A DNA stretch of 64,000 nt from an uncultured Verrucomicrobiae bacterium (lineage in GTDB: Bacteria > Verrucomicrobiota > Verrucomicrobiia > Limisphaerales > Palsa-1400), in assembly GCA_963764165.1 (NCBI GenBank), contig CAVXRD010000005.1, forward strand, positions 29,651-93,650, written 5' to 3'. Each line of letters starts with the position of its first letter. The first letter of the stretch is position 1. Positions 47,218-57,513 of this stretch are shown here, one piece after another. Below the pieces are notes generated by a model. The model did not search any database. It saw nothing but the letters and a program-made list of their open reading frames with translations, and was not told where the DNA came from. Position numbers and translations under genes: made by a program.

Positions 47218-48315
47218 CTAATTCGAGTTGGCAGCTTGCGGCAGGGAACAAATGACTTCGGTGCCTCCGGTGGATTGGGTTTGGATCAAGACTTGAGATC
47301 CGATTAAGTCGGCGCGGTATTTCATGATGTGCAGCCCCATGCCTTTGCCAGCGGCGGAATTCGGCGGCAGGCCCGCGCCATTGTCCTGAATTGTCAGGAC
47401 GATTCCTTTTGGCTCGGCGGCGAGGCGGATTTTTATCGATTTCGCTTTGCCGTGCTTGATGGCATTTGCCACCGCTTCCTGGGCGATTCGGTAAAGATGC
47501 GTGGCGGCGGCGTTGTTATGGACGTGGACGGGAGCGTCATTATTGAATCGGCACTGAATGCCGAATGCCTGGCTGGTGTCTTCCGCCAATTTTGCCAGGG
47601 CCGACATTAGACCTTCCGATTCCAGAACGACGGGCACGAGGCCATGCGCCAGTGAACGCGTTTGCGCGATGGCGTCGCGGACGCGGGCGGCGATGAGACC
47701 CACTTCAGCGGCTTGAGTTTTGCTAGGCATATTCTCCGCGACGGCCTGCAGTCTGAATTCGATGCCCGCGAGCTGCTGGCAGATTCCATCGTGCAGGTCC
47801 TGTCCAATCCGGCGCTGTTCCAGTTCGCTGATTTGCAGCACCTCCTGCTCCAGCCGCTTGTGCTCGGTGATGTCTGTGCGGATGGCGATGTATTGCGCCG
47901 GTTTTCCCTCGACGTTGAGATACGGATAAATTGTCGTTGCGACCCAATATAATTCTCCGTCCTTGGCCCGATTGCAGATTGCGCCCTGCCAAACTTTGCC
48001 ATGCGCAATTGTTGTCCAAAGCTTTCTGAAAAATTCCTTGGAATGATGGCCTGAATTAATAATCCGATGATCCTGGCCGATCAATTCCTGCCGGGAGTAC
48101 TTGGAAATTTCGCAGAATTTATCGTTGACGTAAGTGATTCGGCCTTGCGCATCCGTAATCGCCACGATGGAATGGGTATCGAGAGCCGATTTGAGATCGC
48201 CAAGTTCCCTGAGGAGCGAGGCGCCGCTGGCTTCAACGAGCGGAGAGGCCGCACCCGACTCCACAGCCCGGAGCCGTTCCACTAAAGCGGATTTGGTCAT
48301 CTTCGCGTATTTCAT
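47218..48315 (-). CDS. PAS (NifL/Aer-like) sensor histidine kinase, HisKA_3 type
   Basis: YVNDKFCEISKYS..ELIG, NRAKDG.LYWV; RIGQDLHDG; QEAVANAIKHG; GMGL. Confidence 0.92.
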   Translation of the reverse strand: MKYAKMTKSALVERLRAVESGAASPLVEASGASLLRELGDLKSALDTHSIVAITDAQGRITYVNDKFCEISKYSRQELIGQDHRIINSGHHSKEFFRKLWTTIAHGKVWQGAICNRAKDGELYWVATTIYPYLNVEGKPAQYIAIRTDITEHKRLEQEVLQISELEQRRIGQDLHDGICQQLAGIEFRLQAVAENMPSKTQAAEVGLIAARVRDAIAQTRSLAHGLVPVVLESEGLMSALAKLAEDTSQAFGIQCRFNNDAPVHVHNNAAATHLYRIAQEAVANAIKHGKAKSIKIRLAAEPKGIVLTIQDNGAGLPPNSAAGKGMGLHIMKYRADLIGSQVLIQTQSTGGTEVICSLPQAANSN

Positions 48316-48397
48316 GGCCGCCTCATCCTATACTCGCCCCCTTCACGAATCACCAGAAAAGGAGCGGCGGGACGAAGCAGCCAAAATGGTTAAATCC

Positions 48398-49330
48398 TTA
48401 GGCGGGAGCCAATTGCCTGCGGTATTCCGTCGGCGACTGTCCGGTGACTCTCTTGAACACGCGGTTAAAGTGCGTCAACGATTGGAAACCAATTTCGAAG
48501 GCGATTTCGCTGATCCGAAGGTTTCGGTTCAGCAGGAGGTTGCGGGCCTTCTCCACCCGGACCCGGGAGACGTAATCGGTAAAATTCAACCCAGTCGCTT
48601 TTTTGAACATTTTGCAGAAATAAAACGCGCTCATGTTCACGGCCTTGGCGACCATTCCGAGTGAAAGATCTTCCGACTGGTTATCCTGAATAAATTGTTT
48701 GGCGCGGGTGATGGACGCGGGCTCCGCGCTGGCGCGCTGAACCAAAATCTGGTTGCTCACCATTGAAATATGCTGGCCAAAAATGGCGAGCAATTTGACC
48801 ACACCTTCGTGCTGCGCGGAAGAAAGCACTTTGGTGGCAAAGTAAGCGTTCTTGAGCTGGTCTTTTTCAATTTCCAGCCCCCATTGCGCCACCTGCTGGG
48901 CCGCTTGGTTGAATCGGTTTTCCGTTGGCTTTTTGCGAAAGACCTGTCCCGTTTGCAGGAAGCCAACGAGACGGTTTCCAAATCGAATGGGCACGGCGGT
49001 GTCCGACAACCCCAGTTCGCACACGACGGTTTTTGGCTCATTCTGAGCTGTCTCGGAAAGCTCTTGCTGGACGCGGAGGCATGCGGCGCAAGCCCGGCTC
49101 TTTCCGGCCATCATGGCGCAGAATTGGTTTTCGTGGCGCTTGCCGCGATGCGGAAGCTGCCATGATTCCACGCTCCGGATGGAAACAGGGAGGCCGGTGG
49201 TCTCGCTGAAAGCCCTCTCATAATCCTTATAAATCGTGGAATTGGCCAGAGTTTCAACAAGTTCGTTGTTCTCGTCATTGATATTTTCGTTGCTGGCTTG
49301 TTCGACCGCATCACCAATTGTTGTTGTCAT
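48398..49330 (-). CDS. AraC-family regulator with PocR ligand-binding domain
   Basis: N-terminal FSETTGL/FC..M/C..GL..TAVPI/LQTGQV; C-terminal AraC double HTH. Confidence 0.9.
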   Translation of the reverse strand: MTTTIGDAVEQASNENINDENNELVETLANSTIYKDYERAFSETTGLPVSIRSVESWQLPHRGKRHENQFCAMMAGKSRACAACLRVQQELSETAQNEPKTVVCELGLSDTAVPIRFGNRLVGFLQTGQVFRKKPTENRFNQAAQQVAQWGLEIEKDQLKNAYFATKVLSSAQHEGVVKLLAIFGQHISMVSNQILVQRASAEPASITRAKQFIQDNQSEDLSLGMVAKAVNMSAFYFCKMFKKATGLNFTDYVSRVRVEKARNLLLNRNLRISEIAFEIGFQSLTHFNRVFKRVTGQSPTEYRRQLAPA

Positions 49331-49536
49331 GCGAGCAGAATAGAGCCACCCGCGGCGTTAGGATATTGGGCGCAAAGCAAATGCTGAAGTGTGGGAGTCA
49401 ACTAGGCCGACTAAGGAATTTCCTTAGGGGCGTCTTGGCAAAACACCGCAGTTCCGTCGGCGAGCTTTTGAGCTGCGCCCCCGCCGATGCCAGATGCCTC
49501 TGATAGGAAACCCTTTGTTTTCATTTATGCGTCTCA

Positions 49537-50025
49537 TTAATTTCCGCGGTCTAATACCTGCTGCAATTGGAGGCATTGCGTGCGGGTGATTTGCAAACGC
49601 TTGACCACCACAGCGACGATCCGCTTCATCAATTCGTAGCCGAAGGCAGGGTTTGTTTCGCACTCTTCGCGCAGGCGCGCGCCGTAAAGGAGGATGGCGG
49701 TGGTGCCGGTCACAGCGCGCGCGCTGAAATGCCAATAATACGGTGGAAAAAGCCATGACCAGCCGAGCACCTCGTTTTCTCCGACAAATTGAACCAACGG
49801 GGCCGAATCGCCCTGGCTGGCTTCCAGCGAGACCTTTCCCTCGCAAATCAGGTAAAATCGATTCGCGGGATCACCTTCGCGAAATATATTCTCGCCGGAT
49901 TCGAACCGTTTGACCACGGCGGCGTCAGCCAAGATTTTAAGATGCTCAGGTTTCAGATCCGCCGAAAACCGGTGGGCAGCAATCGATGGCATCAATTCGA
50001 TTTTGTTTTCAGTAATCGCATTCAT
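49537..50025 (-). CDS. Stand-alone cyclic-nucleotide-binding domain protein
   Basis: IFREGDPANRFYLI..GKV, LGWSWLFPPY; no HTH. Confidence 0.85.
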   Translation of the reverse strand: MNAITENKIELMPSIAAHRFSADLKPEHLKILADAAVVKRFESGENIFREGDPANRFYLICEGKVSLEASQGDSAPLVQFVGENEVLGWSWLFPPYYWHFSARAVTGTTAILLYGARLREECETNPAFGYELMKRIVAVVVKRLQITRTQCLQLQQVLDRGN

Positions 50026-50252
50026 ATCTTTTGCCTGCATTACCTCACCGAAACGCAATGGATGCTTCTTATCTCTTGCCCAGGTTCACTCCGAATTTGG
50101 CAAGGTCCATTGGTCTTCAAGTTGGAGCTGCATCTCTTGGAAATGCTCCGATCCGGCAGTCGCGCAAAAAGTGCTTTATAGTTGGCAAGGATGGGTTAGC
50201 GCCGCTTTGCGCCGGAAACTAGATTCACCTCCAGATGTGAATGCTTGCATTT

Positions 50253-52784
50253 ATGAATAGAATCAATAAAAAATCAATGGGCCTGGCGGTTCTGGCCGCC
50301 CTGGCAGGTTACTCTCCCAGCGTATTTGCTGGAGAGGCGGATATTAAAATTCCCGATCTCACCTCGGTGAAGTTTGACGGCCTGTGGGGCGTCAGCGGCA
50401 CCGCGCTTCTGTGGGCGGGATTGGTCGTTTGCCTAGCAGGGGCGATTTTTGGCCTGGTGCAATACTTTCAGACCAAGGCCCTTCCCGTGCATAAGAGCAT
50501 GGCTCAGGTTTCAGAGACAATTTGGGAGACTTGCAAGACCTACCTCGCAACGCAGGGCAAGTTTCTCTCCATCCTTTGGCTGCTGATTGCGGCATGCATG
50601 ATCTACTATTTTCGCGGCCTGCAACACGAGTCCGCAGGCCATGTCGTGCTTATTTTGCTAGCCTCCATACTCGGCATTCTTGGCTCGTATGGAGTGGCGT
50701 GGTTTGGCATCCGCATTAATACGGTCGCCAATTCGCGCGCGGCCTTTTCCGCGCTTCGCGGCAATCCGCTGAACACGCTGGGCATTCCTCTTCGCTCGGG
50801 CATGAGCGTCGGCTTGCTTCTGGTTTCGGTGGAATTGTTCTGCATGATTTGCATCCTGCTGTTTCTTAAAGACCTGGCCGGCCCGTGTTTCATCGGCTTC
50901 GCCATTGGCGAATCGCTGGGCGCGTCCGTGCTCCGCATCTGCGGCGGCATATTTACCAAGATTGCGGACATCGGCTCCGATCTCATGAAAATTGTTTTCA
51001 AGCTGCCGGAAGATGATCCGAAGAATCCCGGCGTGATTGCCGACTGCACCGGCGACAATGCCGGCGACAGCGTGGGACCGACAGCGGATGGTTTCGAAAC
51101 TTACGGTGTGACCGGCGTGGCGCTCATTGCATTCCTCGCGCTGGCCATGACGGACAAGATCAACCAGCCAGCCTGTGCGACGCTGATTATCTGGCTCTTC
51201 GCCATGCGCGCATTGATGATCATCACTTCGCTCTTTTCCTACGGTGTCAACGAAGTCGCCAGCAAGAGCCTCTACGGCGGCAAGAAAGACTTCGATTTTG
51301 AAGCGCCATTGACTCATCTGGTTTGGCTGACCTCGGCGGTCTCCATCGCAGTCACCTTTGTTGCCAGCAAACTTCTATTGGGCGATTTCAAAGACGGCGC
51401 GGGCGCGGCCCAGCCGGCCTTGTGGTGGGTATTGTCCGTGATCATCAGTTGCGGGACGGTGGCGGGGGCGCTTATTCCCGAATTCACCAAGGTTTTCGTC
51501 AGTGTCAAATCGCGCCATGTGCGCGAGGTGACCAACTGCTCCAAGCACGGCGGCGCTTCGCTGAATATTTTGTCCGGTTTTGTAGCCGGCAATTTCTCGG
51601 CCTTTTGGATGGGCCTTTGCATCATGGCGCTGATGGCAGCTTCGTATTACTTCTCCCAAAATGCCGCCTTGCATTCGTTCCTGCCGGGCAAATTTGCCTT
51701 TGCGGCGCCGATCTTTGCATTCGGCCTGGTGGCTTTCGGCTTTCTAGGAATGGGACCCGTCACGATCGCGGTGGATAGCTACGGCCCGGTCACCGACAAC
51801 GCCCAATCAGTCTTTGAATTAAGCCAGATCGAGCAGCGCAAAAACATCAGCGCGGAAATCGAACGGGACTTTGGCTTCATTGCAGATTTTGAGAACGCCA
51901 AATACCAACTGGAAAAAGCGGATGGCGCGGGCAACACCTTCAAAGCCACCGCCAAACCGGTGCTGATCGGCACCGCTGTTGTCGGCGCGACCACAATGGT
52001 GTTCGGCATCATCATCTTGTTGCAGAAAATGTTCGACCTTCAGGTGGCTTCGGGCGTGCCCGGCCCATTCAAACCAGTCATGGAGGCATTGAGCATTGTA
52101 CAACCCGAGATTATTCTTGGCCTGATTATGGGCGGAGCGGTCATTTACTGGTTCACCGGAGCCTCCTGCCAGGCTGTCGTCACCGGCGCTTATAGCGCGG
52201 TGGTTTACATCAAGGAGCACATGAACCTTTCGGCCACCACGGCCTCGCAAAAAGACAGCAAGGAAGTCGTTCGCATCTGCACGCGCTATGCCCAAAAGGG
52301 AATGTGGAATATCTTTGCCGTTGTGTTTTGCTTCGCCCTCGCGCTGCCATTCTTCAACGCCTACTTCTTCATCGGCTATCTGGTCGGCATTGCATTTTTC
52401 GGTCTTTTCCAGGCCATCTTCATGGCCAATGCTGGCGGGGCGTGGGACAACGCCAAGAAAATCGTCGAAGTAGACATGCACCAGAAAGGCACCGAACTGC
52501 ACGCAGCGACTGTGGTGGGCGATACAGTGGGCGATCCCTTCAAAGACACATCGTCAGTCGCGATGAACCCGGTCATTAAATTCACCACTCTCTTCGGTCT
52601 CCTTGCCACGGAAATCTCGGTAACGATGAAAGACCAGACAGCCAAGACTGCCATTGGCACAGTCTTGTTCCTTGCCGCGCTCGTCTTTGTTTACCGCTCC
52701 TTCTACTGCATGCGCATTCCCTCGGAATCTGCAGTGAAGGAAGAAACTCGCGTAGACGAAGAGCGCTTCGCAGCAGTCAAGTAA
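50253..52784 (+). CDS. hppA: Membrane-bound ion-pumping pyrophosphatase, K+-independent signature
   Basis: GGIFTKIADIGSDL, DCTGDNAGD, DSYGPVTDNA, GNTFKA, GDTVGDPFKD. Confidence 0.95.
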   Translation: MNRINKKSMGLAVLAALAGYSPSVFAGEADIKIPDLTSVKFDGLWGVSGTALLWAGLVVCLAGAIFGLVQYFQTKALPVHKSMAQVSETIWETCKTYLATQGKFLSILWLLIAACMIYYFRGLQHESAGHVVLILLASILGILGSYGVAWFGIRINTVANSRAAFSALRGNPLNTLGIPLRSGMSVGLLLVSVELFCMICILLFLKDLAGPCFIGFAIGESLGASVLRICGGIFTKIADIGSDLMKIVFKLPEDDPKNPGVIADCTGDNAGDSVGPTADGFETYGVTGVALIAFLALAMTDKINQPACATLIIWLFAMRALMIITSLFSYGVNEVASKSLYGGKKDFDFEAPLTHLVWLTSAVSIAVTFVASKLLLGDFKDGAGAAQPALWWVLSVIISCGTVAGALIPEFTKVFVSVKSRHVREVTNCSKHGGASLNILSGFVAGNFSAFWMGLCIMALMAASYYFSQNAALHSFLPGKFAFAAPIFAFGLVAFGFLGMGPVTIAVDSYGPVTDNAQSVFELSQIEQRKNISAEIERDFGFIADFENAKYQLEKADGAGNTFKATAKPVLIGTAVVGATTMVFGIIILLQKMFDLQVASGVPGPFKPVMEALSIVQPEIILGLIMGGAVIYWFTGASCQAVVTGAYSAVVYIKEHMNLSATTASQKDSKEVVRICTRYAQKGMWNIFAVVFCFALALPFFNAYFFIGYLVGIAFFGLFQAIFMANAGGAWDNAKKIVEVDMHQKGTELHAATVVGDTVGDPFKDTSSVAMNPVIKFTTLFGLLATEISVTMKDQTAKTAIGTVLFLAALVFVYRSFYCMRIPSESAVKEETRVDEERFAAVK

Positions 52785-52802
52785 CACTAAAACCGCCAGC
52801 TC

Positions 52803-52842
52803 TCCGCGCCGCGAATTCCCATGCGGCGCGGATTTTTTGTTT
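52803..52842 (+). terminator. Rho-independent terminator after hppA
   Basis: TCCGCGCCGC-loop-GCGGCGCGGA followed by TTTTTTGTTT. Confidence 0.85.
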
Positions 52843-52902
52843 CATGCGGTGGATCTCCCAATTCTAGTCGCTCAATGGAAGACAAGCTGGCCGCGGGCCA
52901 TG

Positions 52903-53652
52903 TCAAGCGTGAACAGTAGCCAGGGCAGCGGCGGCGCGTTCGCAGGTTTCGGCTGGCGAGCCGCCCGCATCGATTGAAATCAATAATCCGCGCTCCCGAT
53001 AAAACCGAAGCAGCGGCAATGAACTGCGCTCATGCTCCTGAATTCGCACTTTGATCGATTCCGGCTGGTCGTCCTCTCGTTGGATAAGCTTCGCGCCGCA
53101 ACGGTCGCACCGGCCAGAAACTCGAGATGGTTTCATGACAACATGGAACGTTGTTTTGCAGCCGGGGCAGGTGCGCCGGCCGGAAAGCCGTGCCATGATT
53201 TGTTCGGATGATAACGCTAGGTGGATGGCTGCGGTTAAAGTCTGGTTTGCGTCTTGCAACATTTGTTGCAGGGCCTCCGCTTGGGCAACCGTCCGCGGAA
53301 AACCGTCCAATACAAAGCCGATCAAGCATTGCAGGCACTGGCTGCGCTGTCGCACTAGTTCCAGCACGGTATCGTCCGGCATCAATTTCCCTTGCCTCAT
53401 ATAATCGCGAGCCTTGCTTAATTGAGGATCCAATTCGCTGGGAGCAGCCAGCTTGGCGGCGCGAAATACGTCTCCCGTTGAAAGATGGCAGAGGCCGAAT
53501 CGCGCGCAGAGCAATTCCGCCTGCGTTCCCTTGCCGGCGCCAGGCCCGCCCAATAGAGCCAGACGGAACAGGTGTTTTTGGTTTGCCGCGAGAGCGCTGC
53601 AACGCGCCGAGCCGCCCTTAAACCAGGCAGCCTGATCGTTTGGTTCATTCAT
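52903..53652 (-). CDS. adk: Adenylate kinase (Zn-lid type)
   Basis: GGPGAGKGTQ, HLSTGD, LDGFPRT, CPGC...CDRC, REDD. Confidence 0.92.
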   Translation of the reverse strand: MNEPNDQAAWFKGGSARCSALAANQKHLFRLALLGGPGAGKGTQAELLCARFGLCHLSTGDVFRAAKLAAPSELDPQLSKARDYMRQGKLMPDDTVLELVRQRSQCLQCLIGFVLDGFPRTVAQAEALQQMLQDANQTLTAAIHLALSSEQIMARLSGRRTCPGCKTTFHVVMKPSRVSGRCDRCGAKLIQREDDQPESIKVRIQEHERSSLPLLRFYRERGLLISIDAGGSPAETCERAAAALATVHA

Positions 53653-53804
53653 GAATTTACACTAGTTGCAAGTGCGGCAATCATCTTTGCTTCCTTTGCC
53701 CAACCTTTGCCTTTTCTTGCCGAAGCTACGGCGCGCCGACGCAATTTTGGTGCGTGGTTTGGCAACAAACGGTGAGCGCAGCGCCCCACAGCGGGCTAGA
53801 AACG

Positions 53805-55343
53805 ATGCAGGATATGAAAACGGTTTTGTTCAACAACACTGTGCTGCGGGATGGGCATCAATCCATGGCAGCCACACGCATGACTACCGCCCAAATGCTG
53901 CCAGCCGCTCCCATTCTTGACGGAATGGGATTCAACGGATTGGAAACATGGGGCGGCGCCACCATTGATTCCTGCCTGCGATTCCTCAATGAGAATCCAT
54001 TCGACCGCCTGCGCACGCTTAAAAAAGTGGCGCCGAAAACGCCGCAATTAATGCTCCTGCGCGGCCAAAACATCGTCCAATACGCCAGCTTTCCCGACGA
54101 CGTTGTCGAGGCGTTCGTGAAATGCATGTGCGACGACGGGATGGACATCATCCGAATATTTGACGCCTTGAATGACGTCCGCAATCTCCGCACGGCGATT
54201 CGCGCCGTCAAGAATTGCAAGAAACATGCGCGAGGCGAACTGTGCTACACCATCAGTCCGGTTCACACCGTCGAGAATTTCGTGAAGATGGGCGTCGAAT
54301 TGGAAAAGATGGGTTGCGACTCGCTCGGCATTAAGGATATGTCCGGGATTCTCCAACCCCGCATCGCTTTCGACCTCGTCAAGGAACTCAAGGGCAAGAT
54401 TGGCATTCCGATTACGCTGCACACCCACGACACGGCGGGATTGGGCGCGGCCAGTTATCTCGCGGCGATTGATGCGGGCGTCGATTGCGTGGAAGTTTCC
54501 ATCGCGCCTTTCGCCAACGGCACTTCGCAGCCGGACACGCAGCGCATGCTCGCCTTGCTCGATGGCCATCCGCGCTGCCCGAAATTCGACACGGACAAGC
54601 TCACCCAGTTGCGAGCCTATTTCGAGGGCGTTTACAAAGAACTTTCGAAGTTCACCAGCCCGGCCAATGAGCGCGTCGACAGCGATATTCTCATTTATCA
54701 GGTTCCCGGCGGCATGCTTTCGAACTTCCGCACGCAATTGAAAGAGCAGGGCATGTCGGATCGTTTTGACGAAGTCGTGCGCGAAATTCCCGTCGTGCGC
54801 GAAGCGCTGGGCTGGATTCCGCTGGTCACGCCCACGTCGCAAATCGTCGGCACGCAGGCGATGATGAACGTGAAATTTGGGCGCTGGAAAATGATCTGCC
54901 AGCCGGCCCAGGACATCGCGCTCGGCAAATACGGCCGCACGCCCGGCCCGATCAATCCCGATGTGCTGGCCCAGGTCGAAAAAACGTCCGGCAAGAAACC
55001 GATCACAGAACGCCCGGCGGATTATCTCGAACCCGGCCTGGAAAATTACCGCAAGCAAGCCGCAGCCAAAGGCCTGCCAACGAGCGACGAAATGGTGGTG
55101 CTGTTCGCCATGTTCCCGCAGCAAGTTGAAGCGCTTTGCAAACCGAAACCGGCTGCGCCCGCCACACCTGCACCTGCTCCCGCGCCAGCCCCAGCCCCAG
55201 CCCCAGCCGCCGCGCCGGCTCCCGCGATTGCAGCCGCCCCGAGCTACGCCGCCACTCAAAACGGCGGCGGGCGAGGCAAGCATCTTTACGTCACCTTGAA
55301 CGGCCAGCGCCACGATGTGCTGGTCGAAACATTGGAAAATTAA
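53805..55343 (+). CDS. Pyruvate/oxaloacetate carboxyltransferase (transcarboxylase 5S/OadA-like), no biotinyl domain
   Basis: LRDGHQS, ETWGGAT, LLRGQN, IKDMSG, HTHDT, QVPGGM, LVTPTSQIVG; Pro/Ala linker. Confidence 0.92.
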   Translation: MQDMKTVLFNNTVLRDGHQSMAATRMTTAQMLPAAPILDGMGFNGLETWGGATIDSCLRFLNENPFDRLRTLKKVAPKTPQLMLLRGQNIVQYASFPDDVVEAFVKCMCDDGMDIIRIFDALNDVRNLRTAIRAVKNCKKHARGELCYTISPVHTVENFVKMGVELEKMGCDSLGIKDMSGILQPRIAFDLVKELKGKIGIPITLHTHDTAGLGAASYLAAIDAGVDCVEVSIAPFANGTSQPDTQRMLALLDGHPRCPKFDTDKLTQLRAYFEGVYKELSKFTSPANERVDSDILIYQVPGGMLSNFRTQLKEQGMSDRFDEVVREIPVVREALGWIPLVTPTSQIVGTQAMMNVKFGRWKMICQPAQDIALGKYGRTPGPINPDVLAQVEKTSGKKPITERPADYLEPGLENYRKQAAAKGLPTSDEMVVLFAMFPQQVEALCKPKPAAPATPAPAPAPAPAPAPAAAPAPAIAAAPSYAATQNGGGRGKHLYVTLNGQRHDVLVETLEN

Positions 55344-55356
55344 TCGTTCGTTTTTT

Positions 55357-57513
55357 ATGAATGCCACCGAATCCAAACCTGAAACAGAGAAGCTGCTGGC
55401 GGAATTTCCGCCAGTGGGTTACGGCGATTGGCAGCGGCTTGTCGAAGCGGAGCTCAAAGGCGCCCCGTTTGACAAGAAGATGTTTTCGTCGACTTACGAA
55501 GGCATCACCCTCAAGCCGATTTATTGTCCCGAGGACGTTGCCAATCTTCCCCACCTGAATTCGGTGCCTGGATTCGCGCCCTTCGTCCGCGGCACCAGCA
55601 CGACCGGCTACAACGGCCAGCCGTGGGCGGTCTCGCAGGAAATTACCAGCTCGAGCCCGGTGGAATTCAATCACGAAGCGCGCAATTGCCTGGCTGGCGG
55701 ATTGAACGCTCTGAACATGGTTCTCGACAAGGCCACCCGCAACGGCGCCGATCCCGATTGGGCGAACGCCGATCAAGTCGGCACCGGCGGACTTTCGATT
55801 GCCACGCTGCGCGATCTTGAGCACGCCCTGGAAGGCGTTGATTTGCGTTCGACATTTTTGTTCGTCCGCTCCGGCGCATCCGGAATGCCGTTCGCGACGC
55901 TGCTGATCGCATTGATGCGCAAGCGCCGCCAAACTCCAAGCTTGCTGCTCGGCTGCATCGAGATTGATCCGCTGGGCGTGCTGGCGGGCGAGGGAAAATT
56001 GCCGCAGTCTCTCGAAGGAGCTTATCGCGAAATGGCCGCCTTCACCCGCTGGTCGTCCGATCACGCGCCCCGTCTGCAATCCATTTGCGTCCATAGCCGC
56101 GCCTGGCATGAATCGGGCGGGAGCGCTGTGCAGGAACTCGCGTTCACTCTGGCCACCGGCGTCGAATATCTGCGCGAAATGCACGAGCGCGGTTTGGAAG
56201 TCGACACCGTTGCGCCGCGCATTCGCATTGCGGTGACGGTCGGCGAGAATCTTTTCATGGAGATCGCCAAGCTGCGCGCGTTGCGCATGCTTTGGTCTCG
56301 GGCTGTTTCCGCTTTGGGCGGCAGCGAGGAATCGCAGAAGTTGTCGCTGCACGTCCGCACTTCGCAGTGGAATAAAACCGAATGCGATCCCTACAACAAT
56401 ATCCTGCGCTCCACCGTGGAGGCTCTGGCCGGCGTGCTCGGCGGATGCGACAGCATGCAAGTGGGCGCGTTCGACGAAGTGGTCCGCCCGCCGGACGATT
56501 TCAGCCGCCGCGTCGCTCGCAACACGCAATTGATTCTGCAAAAGGAATGCAATCTCACCCAGGTCATCGATCCAGCGGGCGGTTCATGGTACGTGGAGTC
56601 GTTGACGGCTGAATTGGCTGATCGCGCGTGGCCGCTTTTCCAAGCCGTCGAAAAACTCGGCGGCATGGCAGCGGCGCTGAGGACTGGCTTCGCCCAGGAA
56701 TCGGTGCATGAAGTTGCTCTGGAAAAAATTCTTAACGTCTCGCGCCGCCGCGATTCGATTGTCGGCGTCAATCAATACGCCAACACCAAGGAGAAACCGC
56801 TCGAAGTTCCGGCGGTGGATACAAATTCATTTTACAAGCGCCGCTCGCAGCAAATCGCGGCTTACCGCACATCGATGGATGATCCCGAGAGTGAAGTGGT
56901 GCTGAAGCGCCTGTCGAACATCGTCAACATTCGCGGCGAAGGTTTGTTTGCCGAATGTGTCGAGGCGGTGGTTGCCGGCGCGACGCTGGGCGAAATTGTC
57001 CGCGCCATTCGCATTCACGATCATCCGTGCGCTCCAGTCGCGCCAGTGGAAATCACGCGCGCCTCCCTCGCCTTCGAACGCCTGCGCGGCGCTGTCAATA
57101 AATATGTGGCCGCCGGCCATGCCGCGCCGCAAGTGTTCCTGCTCAACATGGGATCGCTTCGCGACCACAAAGCTCGCGCGGACTTTTCGCGCGGCTTCTT
57201 CGCGGCTGGCGGTTACGAGGTGGTTTCCCCCGAAGGCTTCAAATCGAGCGAAGCCGCTGTGGACGCCTTCGCAAAATCGACTGCGAACGTCGCGGTGATT
57301 TGTTCGACGGACGAAAATTATCCCGCGCTTGTGCCGCCGCTTGTGAAGGGCATCCGCAGCGTCAAACCGAATGCCACGATTGTGCTGGCAGGGCTTCCGA
57401 AAGATCAAATCGAGGCCCTGAAAAAAGCGGGCATTGACGAATTCATTCACCTTCGCGCAGACGCGGCGGCATTGCTCCACACCATTCATTCGAAACTAGG
57501 AATTACCCTATGA
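55357..57513 (+). CDS. mutA: Methylmalonyl-CoA mutase small (beta) subunit
   Basis: [41 protein letters not shown]; lacks DxHxxG. Confidence 0.9.
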   Translation: MNATESKPETEKLLAEFPPVGYGDWQRLVEAELKGAPFDKKMFSSTYEGITLKPIYCPEDVANLPHLNSVPGFAPFVRGTSTTGYNGQPWAVSQEITSSSPVEFNHEARNCLAGGLNALNMVLDKATRNGADPDWANADQVGTGGLSIATLRDLEHALEGVDLRSTFLFVRSGASGMPFATLLIALMRKRRQTPSLLLGCIEIDPLGVLAGEGKLPQSLEGAYREMAAFTRWSSDHAPRLQSICVHSRAWHESGGSAVQELAFTLATGVEYLREMHERGLEVDTVAPRIRIAVTVGENLFMEIAKLRALRMLWSRAVSALGGSEESQKLSLHVRTSQWNKTECDPYNNILRSTVEALAGVLGGCDSMQVGAFDEVVRPPDDFSRRVARNTQLILQKECNLTQVIDPAGGSWYVESLTAELADRAWPLFQAVEKLGGMAAALRTGFAQESVHEVALEKILNVSRRRDSIVGVNQYANTKEKPLEVPAVDTNSFYKRRSQQIAAYRTSMDDPESEVVLKRLSNIVNIRGEGLFAECVEAVVAGATLGEIVRAIRIHDHPCAPVAPVEITRASLAFERLRGAVNKYVAAGHAAPQVFLLNMGSLRDHKARADFSRGFFAAGGYEVVSPEGFKSSEAAVDAFAKSTANVAVICSTDENYPALVPPLVKGIRSVKPNATIVLAGLPKDQIEALKKAGIDEFIHLRADAAALLHTIHSKLGITL

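Noticed and set aside
55150..55240. GCCCCA-type tandem repeats
   Set aside because: Encode the ordinary Pro/Ala linker of the carboxyltransferase
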